34,265 nt of DNA from a virus. Its lineage: Duplodnaviria > Caudoviricetes. The stretch spans positions 1 to 34,265 of IMG/VR virus record IMGVR_UViG_3300042997_001168, one strand, 5' to 3'. Both the position numbers and the translations under genes were made by a program. The notes beneath the pieces are model-generated. The model saw nothing but the letters and a program-made list of their open reading frames with translations, had not been told where the DNA came from and ran no database searches. This document shows positions 1 through 8,805 of this stretch, piece after piece (positions within the stretch are counted from its first letter, which is position 1; every line of letters starts with the position of its first letter).

Positions 1-61
1 CGTCCGGGCTACGCCCGGCCTCCGCTTCCCCCCACACGTCATCTACGATGTCGCTGACCCT

Positions 62-1666
62 TCAACTGCGATGTCGCTGTGCACCATCCTTCGGCGCCAT
101 CTCTATCGGCCGCCACCCCGCCTCAAACTCCTGCCCCAACGCCTGTAGTTCGGACATCGGGGTGCGGAGGGCGGCCCTGAGGTCAGCAATGTGCGCCTGC
201 ATCAGCGGGTTCGTGCCTGCGTCAGCCCTGTCGCCGTCATCATAGTCGGCAATGAAGCGCTCGATAGCCTCCCGAAGCCCCTCCACGCCCGCGTCATTCT
301 GGGGAGGGGAGGAACGGCGGTCCGCCTGCGCCACAAGCCCCTCCCGCGATACCGTCGCGCTCTCCCCTTCCGCATCATGCGATAGAGGGGTGGCAAGGGC
401 GTAGGCGCGAACGCAGGGCTGTTCGTCCTCGCCATACCAAGGCCAGTAGAATATCTCCGACTGGCCGCGCTCTATGGCCTCCCGCTCGGTTTCGTGTGTG
501 AACCAGATGAAGCCCTTGCGGCTGTCGCGCCTATCTACAGAAGGCACGCTTTGTCCGTCCCAAACTATCCACCCCGTCAGCGGGAGGTTAAGGGTGCGCA
601 GGGCCGCTTTGTAGGCGTTGCTATGTTCAAGCTGGATATTCTTACGACTATCCGCCGCTTCCCATGCCTGAGCGATGGCAACCATCCCCTCCAGCGCCTC
701 CCTCAGCGCACCCCCCGCCCCACTGCTGGCAGGCGCGCTCTCCCCCTCCGATGGGGAGGAAAGGAGCGCAACATCCATTCGATCAGCCAAGATAGCAGCA
801 GCGTGCCCTAGACTATCCGGCGGGTTCTTGTGCTGCTGATCCCGAAGCCAGCATTTCGCATCGTAAATGCCGCGACGGTATGCCTCGCTCACCACATCCA
901 AAGCAGGCGCGGGAGGGGTGGCGCGGACCATGTTGATCTGCGCATCGCAGCTAAGGCACCCTTCGCGGACGGTCCCATTGCCGATTGTCCACCCGGTATC
1001 GTTGCACCGTTTGCACTTCACCGCCTCCTGATCGGCCGCAGGGGGTGATGAAAGGGCTGGTATGTGGTCATTCATAGCGGCGGCAAAACTGCGACCGGCC
1101 TTTTGTGCCTCCCACCCAGCGATGAAGGCATTTTCGACCGCCTCCCGCCCATTGCCCGCAGGCTCTACCGATGGGGAAAGGGCGGCGCTCTGATCCCTGA
1201 TTACCTGACCGGCCTTGAGCATTGCCGCCACCAGTTCCGAGCGGAGGGCCTTTGCCGGAGGGTTGTCCAGGATGGCCACAAGAGCCTCCAACTCCTTTGC
1301 TTCGATCCACGGTGCCCGCACCTCCTGACCTGCGGGCGAAGTTGAGAGGGCTGCGAGGGCATCGGCCGCCGCATAGCAGTCGCCCATCGTCAACTGCTTC
1401 CTCGCCATTGAACTGCCGCTGGTGACCGGCATAGACGCCGGGACGCTTCTACGCGGGTCGGCGTATGCTGCGAACGCCTCCAGCGCCGCTATTATGTCGG
1501 GGGTCATGCTGAGAGCCTTTCCAGCCGGGCCTTTAACCGGCGAATCTCGCGCTGTTCCGCCGCTTCGCTCATCGGGTAGTGAGAGCGAGTTGGGCTGATC
1601 ATCTGGCGATGACCGGGGCGCTGCATGGATGCCGCCCGCTGGTAGATTGCTGCTGTCATCGCTCAA
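62..1666 (-). CDS. Mosaic phage accessory protein with an internal CxxC..CxxC Zn finger and a truncated DUF551-like tail; true start may be ATG 1507
   Basis: 534-aa ORF with TTG start after AAAGGA; motifs CKRCNDTG..CLSC and C-terminal WRPIEMAPKDG; repeated ALSS/ALSP and LREA linkers. Confidence 0.6.
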   Translation of the reverse strand: MSDDSSNLPAGGIHAAPRSSPDDQPNSLSLPDERSGGTARDSPVKGPAGKALSMTPDIIAALEAFAAYADPRRSVPASMPVTSGSSMARKQLTMGDCYAAADALAALSTSPAGQEVRAPWIEAKELEALVAILDNPPAKALRSELVAAMLKAGQVIRDQSAALSPSVEPAGNGREAVENAFIAGWEAQKAGRSFAAAMNDHIPALSSPPAADQEAVKCKRCNDTGWTIGNGTVREGCLSCDAQINMVRATPPAPALDVVSEAYRRGIYDAKCWLRDQQHKNPPDSLGHAAAILADRMDVALLSSPSEGESAPASSGAGGALREALEGMVAIAQAWEAADSRKNIQLEHSNAYKAALRTLNLPLTGWIVWDGQSVPSVDRRDSRKGFIWFTHETEREAIERGQSEIFYWPWYGEDEQPCVRAYALATPLSHDAEGESATVSREGLVAQADRRSSPPQNDAGVEGLREAIERFIADYDDGDRADAGTNPLMQAHIADLRAALRTPMSELQALGQEFEAGWRPIEMAPKDGAQRHRS

Positions 1667-1728
1667 TCCTTTCTGCGCTGCCTTTACATCCCGGTTGACA
1701 GCGCACTTCGCCGGGCCGTTGGAATGGG

Positions 1729-2052
1729 TTAGGCTATTGCCGCCTCGTAGCGCTCACGGGCCTTCCGCTTCCGGTCGTTGGCGGTAGCCTCAATGCCAGC
1801 AATTGCTTGTTGGAACTCCTTGCGAGCCTCGCAAATGGCGGCGAAATGCTCCATGTCGCGGACAGTGATCGCCTGCTCTCGATGGAGATATTGAGCGTCG
1901 GCACGCCCGTGCGCTGGCGATACGCGATTCTTGTGGGTGTGAACGATTTCCACGTAGAGACGTTGTGCCGTTTCTTTCGTCACACGATAGAGCCAGACCG
2001 TTTCGCTCCATCTGGAAATGGCTGCGACAAGCTTTTCAGGTTCACCCATCAC
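1729..2052 (-). CDS. Hypothetical phage protein
   Basis: 107-aa ORF coupled by a 4-nt overlap to the upstream gene in the left operon. Confidence 0.65.
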   Translation of the reverse strand: MMGEPEKLVAAISRWSETVWLYRVTKETAQRLYVEIVHTHKNRVSPAHGRADAQYLHREQAITVRDMEHFAAICEARKEFQQAIAGIEATANDRKRKARERYEAAIA

Positions 2053-2270
2053 GCCACCCCTTTATCGCGGAACTGCTTGAGATTGGCGCGGGAGCGGCGG
2101 TGCTTCTCCGCGTCGGAACGCAATGCATCAAGCTTCGCCTGCGCTTCCAAATACAGGTCGCGGTAGTGGTTGCCGCGCTCGTTCTCGATGGCGATCCTGC
2201 TTTCCTGATCCACATTCGCCTTAGCCATCAGGGCCAGGGCGGCTTCGTGCTTCTTTTTGCTGATGAACAT
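2049..2270 (-). CDS. Hypothetical coiled-coil phage protein
   Basis: 73 aa, GGAG-type RBS, helical composition. Confidence 0.65.
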   Translation of the reverse strand: MFISKKKHEAALALMAKANVDQESRIAIENERGNHYRDLYLEAQAKLDALRSDAEKHRRSRANLKQFRDKGVA

Positions 2271-2282
2271 GGGTTTCTCCCC

Positions 2283-2795
2283 TCAGGCCGCGCGGTTGAT
2301 TTCGTCAGACAGCGGAATGCCGTGACGGGCCGCGTATTTTCTGATGAGCGCTCCACGCGGGACGCCCTTTCTGTTTGTGATTTTGGGCGTTGTAACAGCC
2401 TGTTCCGCGCCCCAACCCTTGGCCAATCTGAGCCATAAGGTCCCAACAGAAAGGCCAGAAATATCGGCCCATTCCGCAAGGGTTTTAGAAACCCCATTCA
2501 CTTCAATGATACGGTTCCCGCGCTTGTTGCGCCCCTGCTCGACGCGAGACGCCCATTTGCAATTACCGGGATGGTAGCCATCGTCATTGTTAAGGCGTTC
2601 GATTGACATGCCATCTGGAGGATCGCCCATGTCAGACAGAAAGTTGTCGAAAGTCATCCATCGTTCGCAGATGGTTATGCCTCTTCCGCCATAGTCGGGA
2701 TACTGCTTGACGTTGGGGTTCAAGCAACGCGCCTTTATGCCACTCCATATCCCGTAGACGCGAGTGAATGACTTGCCGTGCCTGAATCGTGTCAT
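2283..2795 (-). CDS. HNH-family homing endonuclease
   Basis: Y..W..IK.RC.NPN...Y..YGGRGI.ICERW..F..FL.DMG..P...SIER.NND.GY.PGNC.WA...Q..N is the typical phage HNH signature. Confidence 0.85.
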   Translation of the reverse strand: MTRFRHGKSFTRVYGIWSGIKARCLNPNVKQYPDYGGRGITICERWMTFDNFLSDMGDPPDGMSIERLNNDDGYHPGNCKWASRVEQGRNKRGNRIIEVNGVSKTLAEWADISGLSVGTLWLRLAKGWGAEQAVTTPKITNRKGVPRGALIRKYAARHGIPLSDEINRAA

Positions 2796-3184
2796 GCGGC
2801 ATCCCTTTCTTCCAGATCAATGCCGCGCTCAGCGGCGTAACACCTGATCAGCTCAATCAGGTCGCTGAACTGCGCCTTGGTCAGCTTAGATGAGCGGAAG
2901 CCCACCGGGACCATGCCTTTGCCGTCCAGCGCTTCTTCAAACCGCTGCGTATGATCCAGACTGTGCATGAACAGCGCCTTCCAGACATCCGGCGTCAGTT
3001 CCCGACCTTCGGGCCGTGCGCGGCTGATCTCCGACAACATCGCCCACATGAGCGCGTTCTGGTCGTTCGTGCGGCGTGCTGGTCGGATCGTCACGACTGC
3101 GCCAGTGGGAACCTTCTCGATCAGCCGATGCGCCTGCATGCGGCGATAGTCGTTCGTCAGGATGACGGTTTGCCCTTCAGACAT
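2792..3184 (-). CDS. ninB: NinB/Orf-family recombination mediator
   Basis: RTNDQNALMWAMLSEISR, W K.LF and SSKLTKAQFSDLIELI..YAAE.GI motifs; start reassigned to ATG 3184. Confidence 0.85.
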   Translation of the reverse strand: MSEGQTVILTNDYRRMQAHRLIEKVPTGAVVTIRPARRTNDQNALMWAMLSEISRARPEGRELTPDVWKALFMHSLDHTQRFEEALDGKGMVPVGFRSSKLTKAQFSDLIELIRCYAAERGIDLEERDAA

Positions 3185-3515
3185 TTCGCTTCGCCTCCAT
3201 GATCTCGGCACGGCGCGGGGATGCCTTGGCGAATTCCTCCGCAAGCGCCTTCATGCTGATGTTGTTGGCCCGCTCGAATGACGGCTCGCCCATTTGATGC
3301 TGGCGGGCATGACATTCGTGACAGAGGGAAATGGTCCAGTAATCGTGCGGCTTCTGGCCCATGCCAGCGCCGGTCCCGATACGCACATGAGCAACCTCGA
3401 TCGCTGCGGTGGAACCGCAGGCGCAGCACGCATGGCTGCGGACGAAATTGCAGTGCGCCTGACTGCGCCACCGGGTGGAGCGCTTGGCAGGTTTCGGGAT
3501 GCGGCGCGGGAGCAT
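3177..3515 (-). CDS. DUF968-like putative HNHc nuclease
   Basis: WRS..H..FVRS..CCACG..EVAH.R..GMGQKP.D..TI.LC.ECH..QH pattern. Confidence 0.7.
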   Translation of the reverse strand: MLPRRIPKPAKRSTRWRSQAHCNFVRSHACCACGSTAAIEVAHVRIGTGAGMGQKPHDYWTISLCHECHARQHQMGEPSFERANNISMKALAEEFAKASPRRAEIMEAKRNV

Positions 3516-3976
3516 TAGTTGTCGAAGCCCGGAACGAAATCGTCGCCATCATCAAAGCCGGGGATATAGCCTTCATCCCCTTGGCCATATGACTTGCGGC
3601 GTTCCCCGCGCTGGTCGCCAGCAGGCGCGCCGTCCAGCATGGTCAGCACCGCGCCGGGGCCGTTTAGGACGATCTCAGTCGTGTAGCGGTCGTTCCCCTG
3701 CTGATCCTGCCATTTGCGGGTTTGCAGCTTGCCCTCAAGATAGACCTTGGAGCCTTTGCGGAGGAAGCGTTCAGCCACCCCGACCAACCCGTCAGACAGG
3801 ATAGCAATGCTATGCCATTCGGTGCGCTCCTTGCGCTCCCCGCTGGTGCGGTCCTTCCAGCTTTCCGAAGTGGCGATCCGCATATTGCAGACGCGCCCAC
3901 CGTTCTGGAAGCTCTTGACCTCCGGATCGGAGCCAAGATTCCCCACCAGAATTACCTTATTGACGCTTCCCGCCAT
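3515..3976 (-). CDS. ssb: Single-stranded DNA-binding protein
   Basis: [48 protein letters not shown] and an acidic tail; start at 3976 in a TAATG overlap. Confidence 0.95.
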   Translation of the reverse strand: MAGSVNKVILVGNLGSDPEVKSFQNGGRVCNMRIATSESWKDRTSGERKERTEWHSIAILSDGLVGVAERFLRKGSKVYLEGKLQTRKWQDQQGNDRYTTEIVLNGPGAVLTMLDGAPAGDQRGERRKSYGQGDEGYIPGFDDGDDFVPGFDN

Positions 3977-4425
3977 TATGCTGCCTTCCTGTTTTTCCAA
4001 ATTGTGCGAGGAGATTTTTCACCTGTCCGAGCGCGAAAGAATTCCCGCGCCTTCGGCATGTTCAGGTTTTCTTTCTGCGTCCCCCAGCGAAGGTTTCCCG
4101 GTCGGTTGTTGGACGGGTTTTCATCCAAGTGCATGACCACCGGCTTGCCTTCCGGCTGCGGACCATGAAACGCCTCACAAACTAGGCGAGCCACGTTGAA
4201 TGTCTTCTTCAGACCGACGATGTAGATTATGCGCCTCTTGGGCACTCCTTCCCTGCCGGTGGCGGATTTCTGCTCAATGCCCCAGCGGGGCTTGGGGTCA
4301 GCGTAGTGCCTCCGCCGCCCGTTCGCTCCGATGGAGGTGTAAGGCTTTAGCTTGACGCGGCCCAGGCTGGACGCCTGCATTTGAGGAACGCTGGGAATAT
4401 CCCGCCAAATCTCTTCGTCTACCAT
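3976..4425 (-). CDS. NUMOD4-HNH homing endonuclease
   Basis: EEIWRDIP...SSLGRVK (NUMOD4) and [28 protein letters not shown] (HNH). Confidence 0.85.
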   Translation of the reverse strand: MVDEEIWRDIPSVPQMQASSLGRVKLKPYTSIGANGRRRHYADPKPRWGIEQKSATGREGVPKRRIIYIVGLKKTFNVARLVCEAFHGPQPEGKPVVMHLDENPSNNRPGNLRWGTQKENLNMPKAREFFRARTGEKSPRTIWKNRKAA

Positions 4426-4427
4426 AT

Positions 4428-5126
4428 CTAGAACGCCTCTTTCCGCGTTTCGACCTTCACGCCGTCAATCGGGCGGGTCTTGAAATTGCGGCGCACATAT
4501 TCATCGATGAAGGCCGTCACGGCTTCGCGGTCGTTCTTCGCGATCCAGTGCAGCGCGGCGCGGCGGTCTTCGATCTCGTAGACCTGAACCGTGCGCATGC
4601 CTTTCACGGTGTCCTTGGCAGCGATGCGGGCCTGCTTTTGCGCCTCCTCGGCGGCGGCGATCAGTTCGTCCGCCTTGCGCTGCTCATCTATACTGGAGGC
4701 GTTCGCGGCCAGATGCGCCTTGCGCGCCTCTTCCGCGATCCTGTCAGCCTCTTCCTGCGCTTTGCGGCGAGCCTCTTCCTTTTCCGCTGCCAGTCTGGCC
4801 TTGTACGGGGCCTGCGCGGCGACAAGGCATTTCACCTGCCGGTCAAGGTCGTCTTGCGTTGGCTTCCACCGCGCCACCTCGGATTTCCAGGCGTCGTGCA
4901 GCGGCTTCGTGCATTCGTCGCGGGCAACGTCAACCGCCTTTCGAGCGGCTTTCAGTTCCTTGAGAAGCGCATCGGTCGCTTCAAGCTGGCCATCGGTTTC
5001 GACGGTCGCCCCATCAAGCCAGTGCGCTGCCTCCTCCAGAATCGCGCCAAACGGCTCAAGCGCGACATCTATCGGGTCTGGAGGATTGTTGCCGCCGATC
5101 ACGGCGCGGGGATTATGAGCGTTCAC
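4428..5126 (-). CDS. Coiled-coil recombination-module protein (Gam/Gp157-like, tentative)
   Basis: 232 aa, long helical region, C-terminal PIDGVKV; lies between the annealase and ssb. Confidence 0.6.
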   Translation of the reverse strand: MNAHNPRAVIGGNNPPDPIDVALEPFGAILEEAAHWLDGATVETDGQLEATDALLKELKAARKAVDVARDECTKPLHDAWKSEVARWKPTQDDLDRQVKCLVAAQAPYKARLAAEKEEARRKAQEEADRIAEEARKAHLAANASSIDEQRKADELIAAAEEAQKQARIAAKDTVKGMRTVQVYEIEDRRAALHWIAKNDREAVTAFIDEYVRRNFKTRPIDGVKVETRKEAF

Positions 5127-5136
5127 AAGCGGCTCC

Positions 5137-5865
5137 TCAGTAAGGGATTTCGTCGTTCAGGTCGGCGCTGTGTTGCGGGTTCGCTTGCGCCGCCTTCTTG
5201 GCGAGAATGTCGGATAGCGCCTTCATCGCGGCCGGAAACTTGGCGGCGGGAAGGTCGCGGGCGCGCTTCACCCCCGCTCGGGCCAAGAACTTGACCTGAT
5301 CCACGCCAGCCTCGCGCATCTTGTCTTCCAGCATCAGTTCCTTTTCAGGATCGACGCATTCGACTTCGGGTCGGGCTTCCGGCTTTTCCTCCGCAGCATC
5401 TTCGGCATGAAGATCACCCTTGTGCCAAAGGTCCAGCGCAGCGCCGAAGCGCATCGCGGCATTGCGCAGAGCGTCCCCGATGATCTCTTTCACTGCATCG
5501 CCGCCCTGCTTGCCGTCAGCCGATCCATAACCAAGGCGCGTCACGCCGCAGACGGTCAGCTTGATCCACATACCGCCGTTGCGATCCAGAGCGGGCAGGC
5601 CGTCAGGCGCGAAGGCGACCGGTTCCCATGTCCATTCCGGATCAGTGTCCAGCAGCCGGTCGGTCAGGGCAGCATGGCCAACATAATCCAGGTGCACGGC
5701 ATTCCGGTGATGATGGCCGCCGCACACTTGGCAGTTAAAAAGCATCGCGTTCTTGTCGTTCTTGCGCTGCTCAATTTGCGCCTTCGTTTCCTTCGGGAGC
5801 TTGCTGATCTGGTTTTCAGGGAACGGCGCCCTCAACTTTGCGAGCGCATCGGTCTTGTCGCTCAT
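5137..5865 (-). CDS. Sak/Rad52-like single-strand annealing protein
   Basis: LDYVGHA..TDRL...DPEW.W, LTVCGVTR.GYG and KE.IGDALRNAAMRFG..LDLW are Rad52/Rad22-family motifs. Confidence 0.85.
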   Translation of the reverse strand: MSDKTDALAKLRAPFPENQISKLPKETKAQIEQRKNDKNAMLFNCQVCGGHHHRNAVHLDYVGHAALTDRLLDTDPEWTWEPVAFAPDGLPALDRNGGMWIKLTVCGVTRLGYGSADGKQGGDAVKEIIGDALRNAAMRFGAALDLWHKGDLHAEDAAEEKPEARPEVECVDPEKELMLEDKMREAGVDQVKFLARAGVKRARDLPAAKFPAAMKALSDILAKKAAQANPQHSADLNDEIPY

Positions 5866-5981
5866 TGTTCTGGTCCTTCGTTGTAAAATGGGTCCGGATC
5901 GGCGCGTCCCGCTTCATGAGCGGCGATGATCCACGCGATGTCAGGTTCGCCGTCAGCAAGGACGGAGGTCTGCGCGTTCAT
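5862..5981 (-). CDS. 39-aa small protein (MNAQTSVLADGEPDIAWIIAAHEAGRADPDPFYNEGPEQ), not in the ORF track
   Basis: Exactly fills the gap with ATGA overlaps at both ends. Confidence 0.6.
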   Translation of the reverse strand: MNAQTSVLADGEPDIAWIIAAHEAGRADPDPFYNEGPEQ

Positions 5982-6250
5982 GCCCTGATCCCATGCTTGT
6001 GTTCCCATGCGCGGCGGCTTTGCTCAGCCATCGTGATGGGCGGTTCGTCATGGATGCGCTCTTGTCCCTGCGCTTCGGCAGCGTCGGCCAGTTCATCATC
6101 CGTCATGGGACGCCAGCCATGGCCGCAGCAGATCGGGCAGTCCTCTTCATGCACACCGGAAATGATGCCGAAGCGGCGGACCTGAACCCATCCATGGCCT
6201 GCGCAGTGATCGCACTCGACCGATGGGCCATCATAATCGCGGATAGCCAT
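5978..6250 (-). CDS. Small protein with DnaJ-type CxxCxGxG Zn-finger repeats
   Basis: CDHCAGHG and CPICCGHG. Confidence 0.7.
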   Translation of the reverse strand: MAIRDYDGPSVECDHCAGHGWVQVRRFGIISGVHEEDCPICCGHGWRPMTDDELADAAEAQGQERIHDEPPITMAEQSRRAWEHKHGIRA

Positions 6251-6254
6251 CTCC

Positions 6255-6608
6255 CTACCCCTTCACCGGCAGCGCATCGACCGCATCACGGAAGGACGCA
6301 GGCGCGGCGTCATGCTCGCGGATCAGATTGAGAACGGCCTCTTTGCATTCGGCGGCAGTCTTGAGGACGGGTGCGGCGTTCTTGGCGGCGTCCAGCTTAA
6401 CGCGCAGGTCGGCAATCGCCTCGTCCAGCGATTCACCTTTCCCGTCGCAGGCCACGCCCTTCAGAATGTCGCTATGCGGCCAATAGCAGCGCACGCTCCA
6501 AAGCCTGCCCCAATGAACCCCAGGGATGTAAACGGTCATGTCCGGGATTTCGGCTGCGGCCAGATATTCCTGCGCGATCTGCGCCTTGCAAACGGTTTCG
6601 ATCTGCAT
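6255..6608 (-). CDS. Hypothetical phage protein
   Basis: Start moved to ATG 6608 after GGAGGAG; directly follows the upstream stop. Confidence 0.6.
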   Translation of the reverse strand: MQIETVCKAQIAQEYLAAAEIPDMTVYIPGVHWGRLWSVRCYWPHSDILKGVACDGKGESLDEAIADLRVKLDAAKNAAPVLKTAAECKEAVLNLIREHDAAPASFRDAVDALPVKG

Positions 6609-6609
6609 G

Positions 6610-6828
6610 TTACTTCTCCTCCCGGCGCCCAAGCGCCATGAATGCGTCGATGCTCTCAGCCATCCGATGGCGGTGAACGGTTCCGATTGCGCCGCCCGGA
6701 TAGTGGCGAAAGGCGATGCTCCGCAGATGCTCGCGGGCCTCAAGCCGATACTTGGCCTGCATGAAGTCCAGGCCGGGGACGGCTTCCATTTCCGCATGTA
6801 TCTCGCGGATGGTGGGCATGTAGCTCAT
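6610..6828 (-). CDS. Hypothetical phage protein
   Basis: 72 aa, ATGA overlap with the upstream gene. Confidence 0.65.
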   Translation of the reverse strand: MSYMPTIREIHAEMEAVPGLDFMQAKYRLEAREHLRSIAFRHYPGGAIGTVHRHRMAESIDAFMALGRREEK

Positions 6829-7058
6829 TGCCCTGCCTCCAGCTTGGCGAGCAGTTGGCGGGCCTGATGTCCATCAGGCGCGAGCGGCCCGCAGCGCCGC
6901 ATCAGAAGCTTGACGCACTCCACCAGTTCCGCCTTTTCGGCTTCAAGCTTGGTGATGGCGTCGGCGGCTGCATCCCTGATGCAGAACGGCTTGTCTCGAC
7001 GCATGTCGAACTCAACTCCGCGCCGCAGATCGGCAACCAGTTCGCTATACTTGCTCAT
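6825..7058 (-). CDS. Hypothetical protein (Ead/Ea22-like helical motif)
   Basis: MSKYSELVADLR...DAADAITKLEAEKAELVE; start reassigned to ATG 7058. Confidence 0.6.
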   Translation of the reverse strand: MSKYSELVADLRRGVEFDMRRDKPFCIRDAAADAITKLEAEKAELVECVKLLMRRCGPLAPDGHQARQLLAKLEAGQ

Positions 7059-7072
7059 GAGAACGGCCATCC

Positions 7073-7297
7073 TCAGCAGTGGCAGTTGCCGGAAACAGCA
7101 GGATTGCCATTCGGCTTTCCGCACATTCCGCACCTGCCTTGGCTACGAAACTGCTTGGCTCGCGCCACAGCAGGGCTATCAACGTGATGAGTGATTTCCT
7201 CACCACAGCGGGCGCATGACGCTCCGAAACTGGCCGTCCCACAGCAACTGGAGAACGGCGTTGAATTGAAGTCATTGGCGCAATAGGTGTGGGCCAT
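7073..7297 (-). CDS. Cys-rich small protein
   Basis: 74 aa with CC..CxxC..CxxC..CxC; GGAGG RBS upstream. Confidence 0.55.
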   Translation of the reverse strand: MAHTYCANDFNSTPFSSCCGTASFGASCARCGEEITHHVDSPAVARAKQFRSQGRCGMCGKPNGNPAVSGNCHC

Positions 7298-7299
7298 GA

Positions 7300-7425
7300 T
7301 CACAAACCTCCCGCCACGATCCAAAGCGGCAGAGCCACCAGAACGAGAGCAATCGTCACGGCTTCAAGGCGGGTCAGCGTTATGCTGTCGCGGCCATTGC
7401 GAAGGGCGTTGGTGAAGCGGGTCAT
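7300..7425 (-). CDS. 41-aa single-TM protein (MTRFTNALRNGRDSITLTRLEAVTIALVLVALPLWIVAGGL), not in the ORF track
   Basis: ATGA overlap with the upstream gene, fills the gap, hydrophobic C-terminal half. Confidence 0.55.
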   Translation of the reverse strand: MTRFTNALRNGRDSITLTRLEAVTIALVLVALPLWIVAGGL

Positions 7426-7697
7426 GCGAAGTCCCCCGGCTCAAGACCGGACAGTTCTTCAATCATCGCCCAATGCGCACCATCCGGCAGATCAAGCGCA
7501 TCAACGAAGGCGTAGACATCATCACGGTCCATCGCGGCCATAGGGCGCTTGCGGTTATATGGATCGCCCTGCCGGGTTTTCTTGCCGTGCTTGTCCCTGC
7601 GGTGATCGTTCTTTGCCTGTTGATTGGCAAAGGTGCGTCCGCAGCCGTCGATTGTGCAGGTGAAGCGCTTTTGCTCCACGTTGTTAGAAGCCATCAT
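7422..7697 (-). CDS. C2H2 zinc-finger protein
   Basis: FTCTIDGCGRTFANQQAKNDHRRDKH; AGGAG RBS before ATG 7697. Confidence 0.7.
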   Translation of the reverse strand: MMASNNVEQKRFTCTIDGCGRTFANQQAKNDHRRDKHGKKTRQGDPYNRKRPMAAMDRDDVYAFVDALDLPDGAHWAMIEELSGLEPGDFA

Positions 7698-7763
7698 ACC
7701 TGCTCCTGTGATGCTGAATCTCATCACCGCCCTGCCCCCGATAAGAGGCAGGACAGGGGGAGA

Positions 7764-8507
7764 TCAGAGTTGTCCGTAATCAGCCGGGCGGGCGGGTATT
7801 TCGTCAGGACTTGCGAACCCGAACAGCGGCAGGAAGAAGAAGGCCTGCCCACGCTCGCGCATAAGGCTGGCGCCCTGAATTTCGCTTGATGCCCCTGCGG
7901 CGTCCCGTGCGGCGTCCCCTGCGGCGTCCCATGCGGCGTCCCCTGCGGCGTCCCATGCGGCGTCCCCTGCGGCGTCCCGTGCGGCGTCCCCTGCGGCGTC
8001 CCATGCGGCGGCCCGTGCGGCGTCCCCTGCGGCGTCCCCTGCGGCGTCCCGTGCGGCGTCCCCTGCGGCGTCCCCTGCGGCGTCCCATGCGGCGTCCCAT
8101 GCGGCGGCCCGTGCGGCGTCCCATGCCTTCCAATCCTCCGGCGTCATCTGGTCCAGATGCCACCAGAAATCGAGCAGCTTGCTCCACTGGTCGCCAAGCA
8201 CCTTGCCGGGATCGGTCAGGACGATGGAGGGAGCGCCGTCCACACTGTCATTGATATTCCGAAGCAGGACCGCGTGAGCGCGGCTGATCTTGAGAAGGTC
8301 GGCAGTCAGCTTGTCGGCGTTCGCCTGTTCGGTGCGGTTGAGATCGTCATGCGACAGGCCGCCGATCAGATGAAGCACCTGACCCTGTGCGCACATGCAG
8401 CCGAGATTTTCCGGGTCCGCTTCGTAAGCGCGCCAGTCGATCAGCGATCCCTTGTAAGGACGGCCATCGCCGCTATCCCAACGCTCAATGATTTCCGCAA
8501 GCTGCAC
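7764..8507 (-). CDS. Phage protein with an AA[W/G/R][D/A] tetrapeptide repeat tract
   Basis: Probable GTG start at 8507 after GAAGGAGGAAG; repeat tract in the C-terminal half. Confidence 0.75.
   Translation of the reverse strand: MQLAEIIERWDSGDGRPYKGSLIDWRAYEADPENLGCMCAQGQVLHLIGGLSHDDLNRTEQANADKLTADLLKISRAHAVLLRNINDSVDGAPSIVLTDPGKVLGDQWSKLLDFWWHLDQMTPEDWKAWDAARAAAWDAAWDAAGDAAGDAARDAAGDAAGDAARAAAWDAAGDAARDAAGDAAWDAAGDAAWDAAGDAARDAAGASSEIQGASLMRERGQAFFFLPLFGFASPDEIPARPADYGQL
7891..8126. repeat. 12-bp coding tandem repeat, 19 full units plus a partial unit
   Basis: Plus-strand unit [t/g]ccc[c/g/a]tgcggcg, contiguous with no spacers. Confidence 0.95.
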
Positions 8508-8530
8508 TTCTCTTCCTCCTTCGGCGTTCG

Positions 8531-8773
8531 TTAGGCGGCCATGACCAGCGTGGCGGACGAAAGGCAGCGGGCGACAATCACCGCAGCGCACTCTTCGGCG
8601 CTGGGGAACTCGCAGGCAGCGTCATACCCGACCGCATCAATGCAGGCGTCGAGCAGGCGATTGCTGGTCTGGATGTAGCCGCGCGGATCAGCGCAGGTTT
8701 CGAAGTCACCCATGCGATGCAGGCTGCTCAACAGCCCGTCGATGGTTTCGAATTGCGCCAGAGTGATCTGCAT
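8531..8773 (-). CDS. Hypothetical protein, first gene of the PL operon
   Basis: 80 aa, strong AAGGAGG RBS, immediately downstream of PL. Confidence 0.75.
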   Translation of the reverse strand: MQITLAQFETIDGLLSSLHRMGDFETCADPRGYIQTSNRLLDACIDAVGYDAACEFPSAEECAAVIVARCLSSATLVMAA

Positions 8774-8805
8774 CTCTTCCTCCTTCGGCTTGGCCGGTAG
8801 GAGGG

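Noticed and set aside
4-18. REP-like hairpin ccgggc-tac-gcccgg or att site
   Set aside because: Single copy at the window edge; no integrase or tRNA visible to support it.
7731-7752. nut/boxB-like hairpin (cctgcc...ggcagg)
   Set aside because: No boxA, no matching site in the right operon and no N-like gene recognised; function cannot be assigned.
7891-8126. CRISPR array or DGR variable region
   Set aside because: Contiguous 12-bp units with no spacers; in-frame coding; no cas or reverse transcriptase gene recognised in the window.
7804-8254. Poly-Arg ORFs 7804-8187 (-) and 7886-8254 (+)
   Set aside because: Alternative-frame readings of the tandem repeat.
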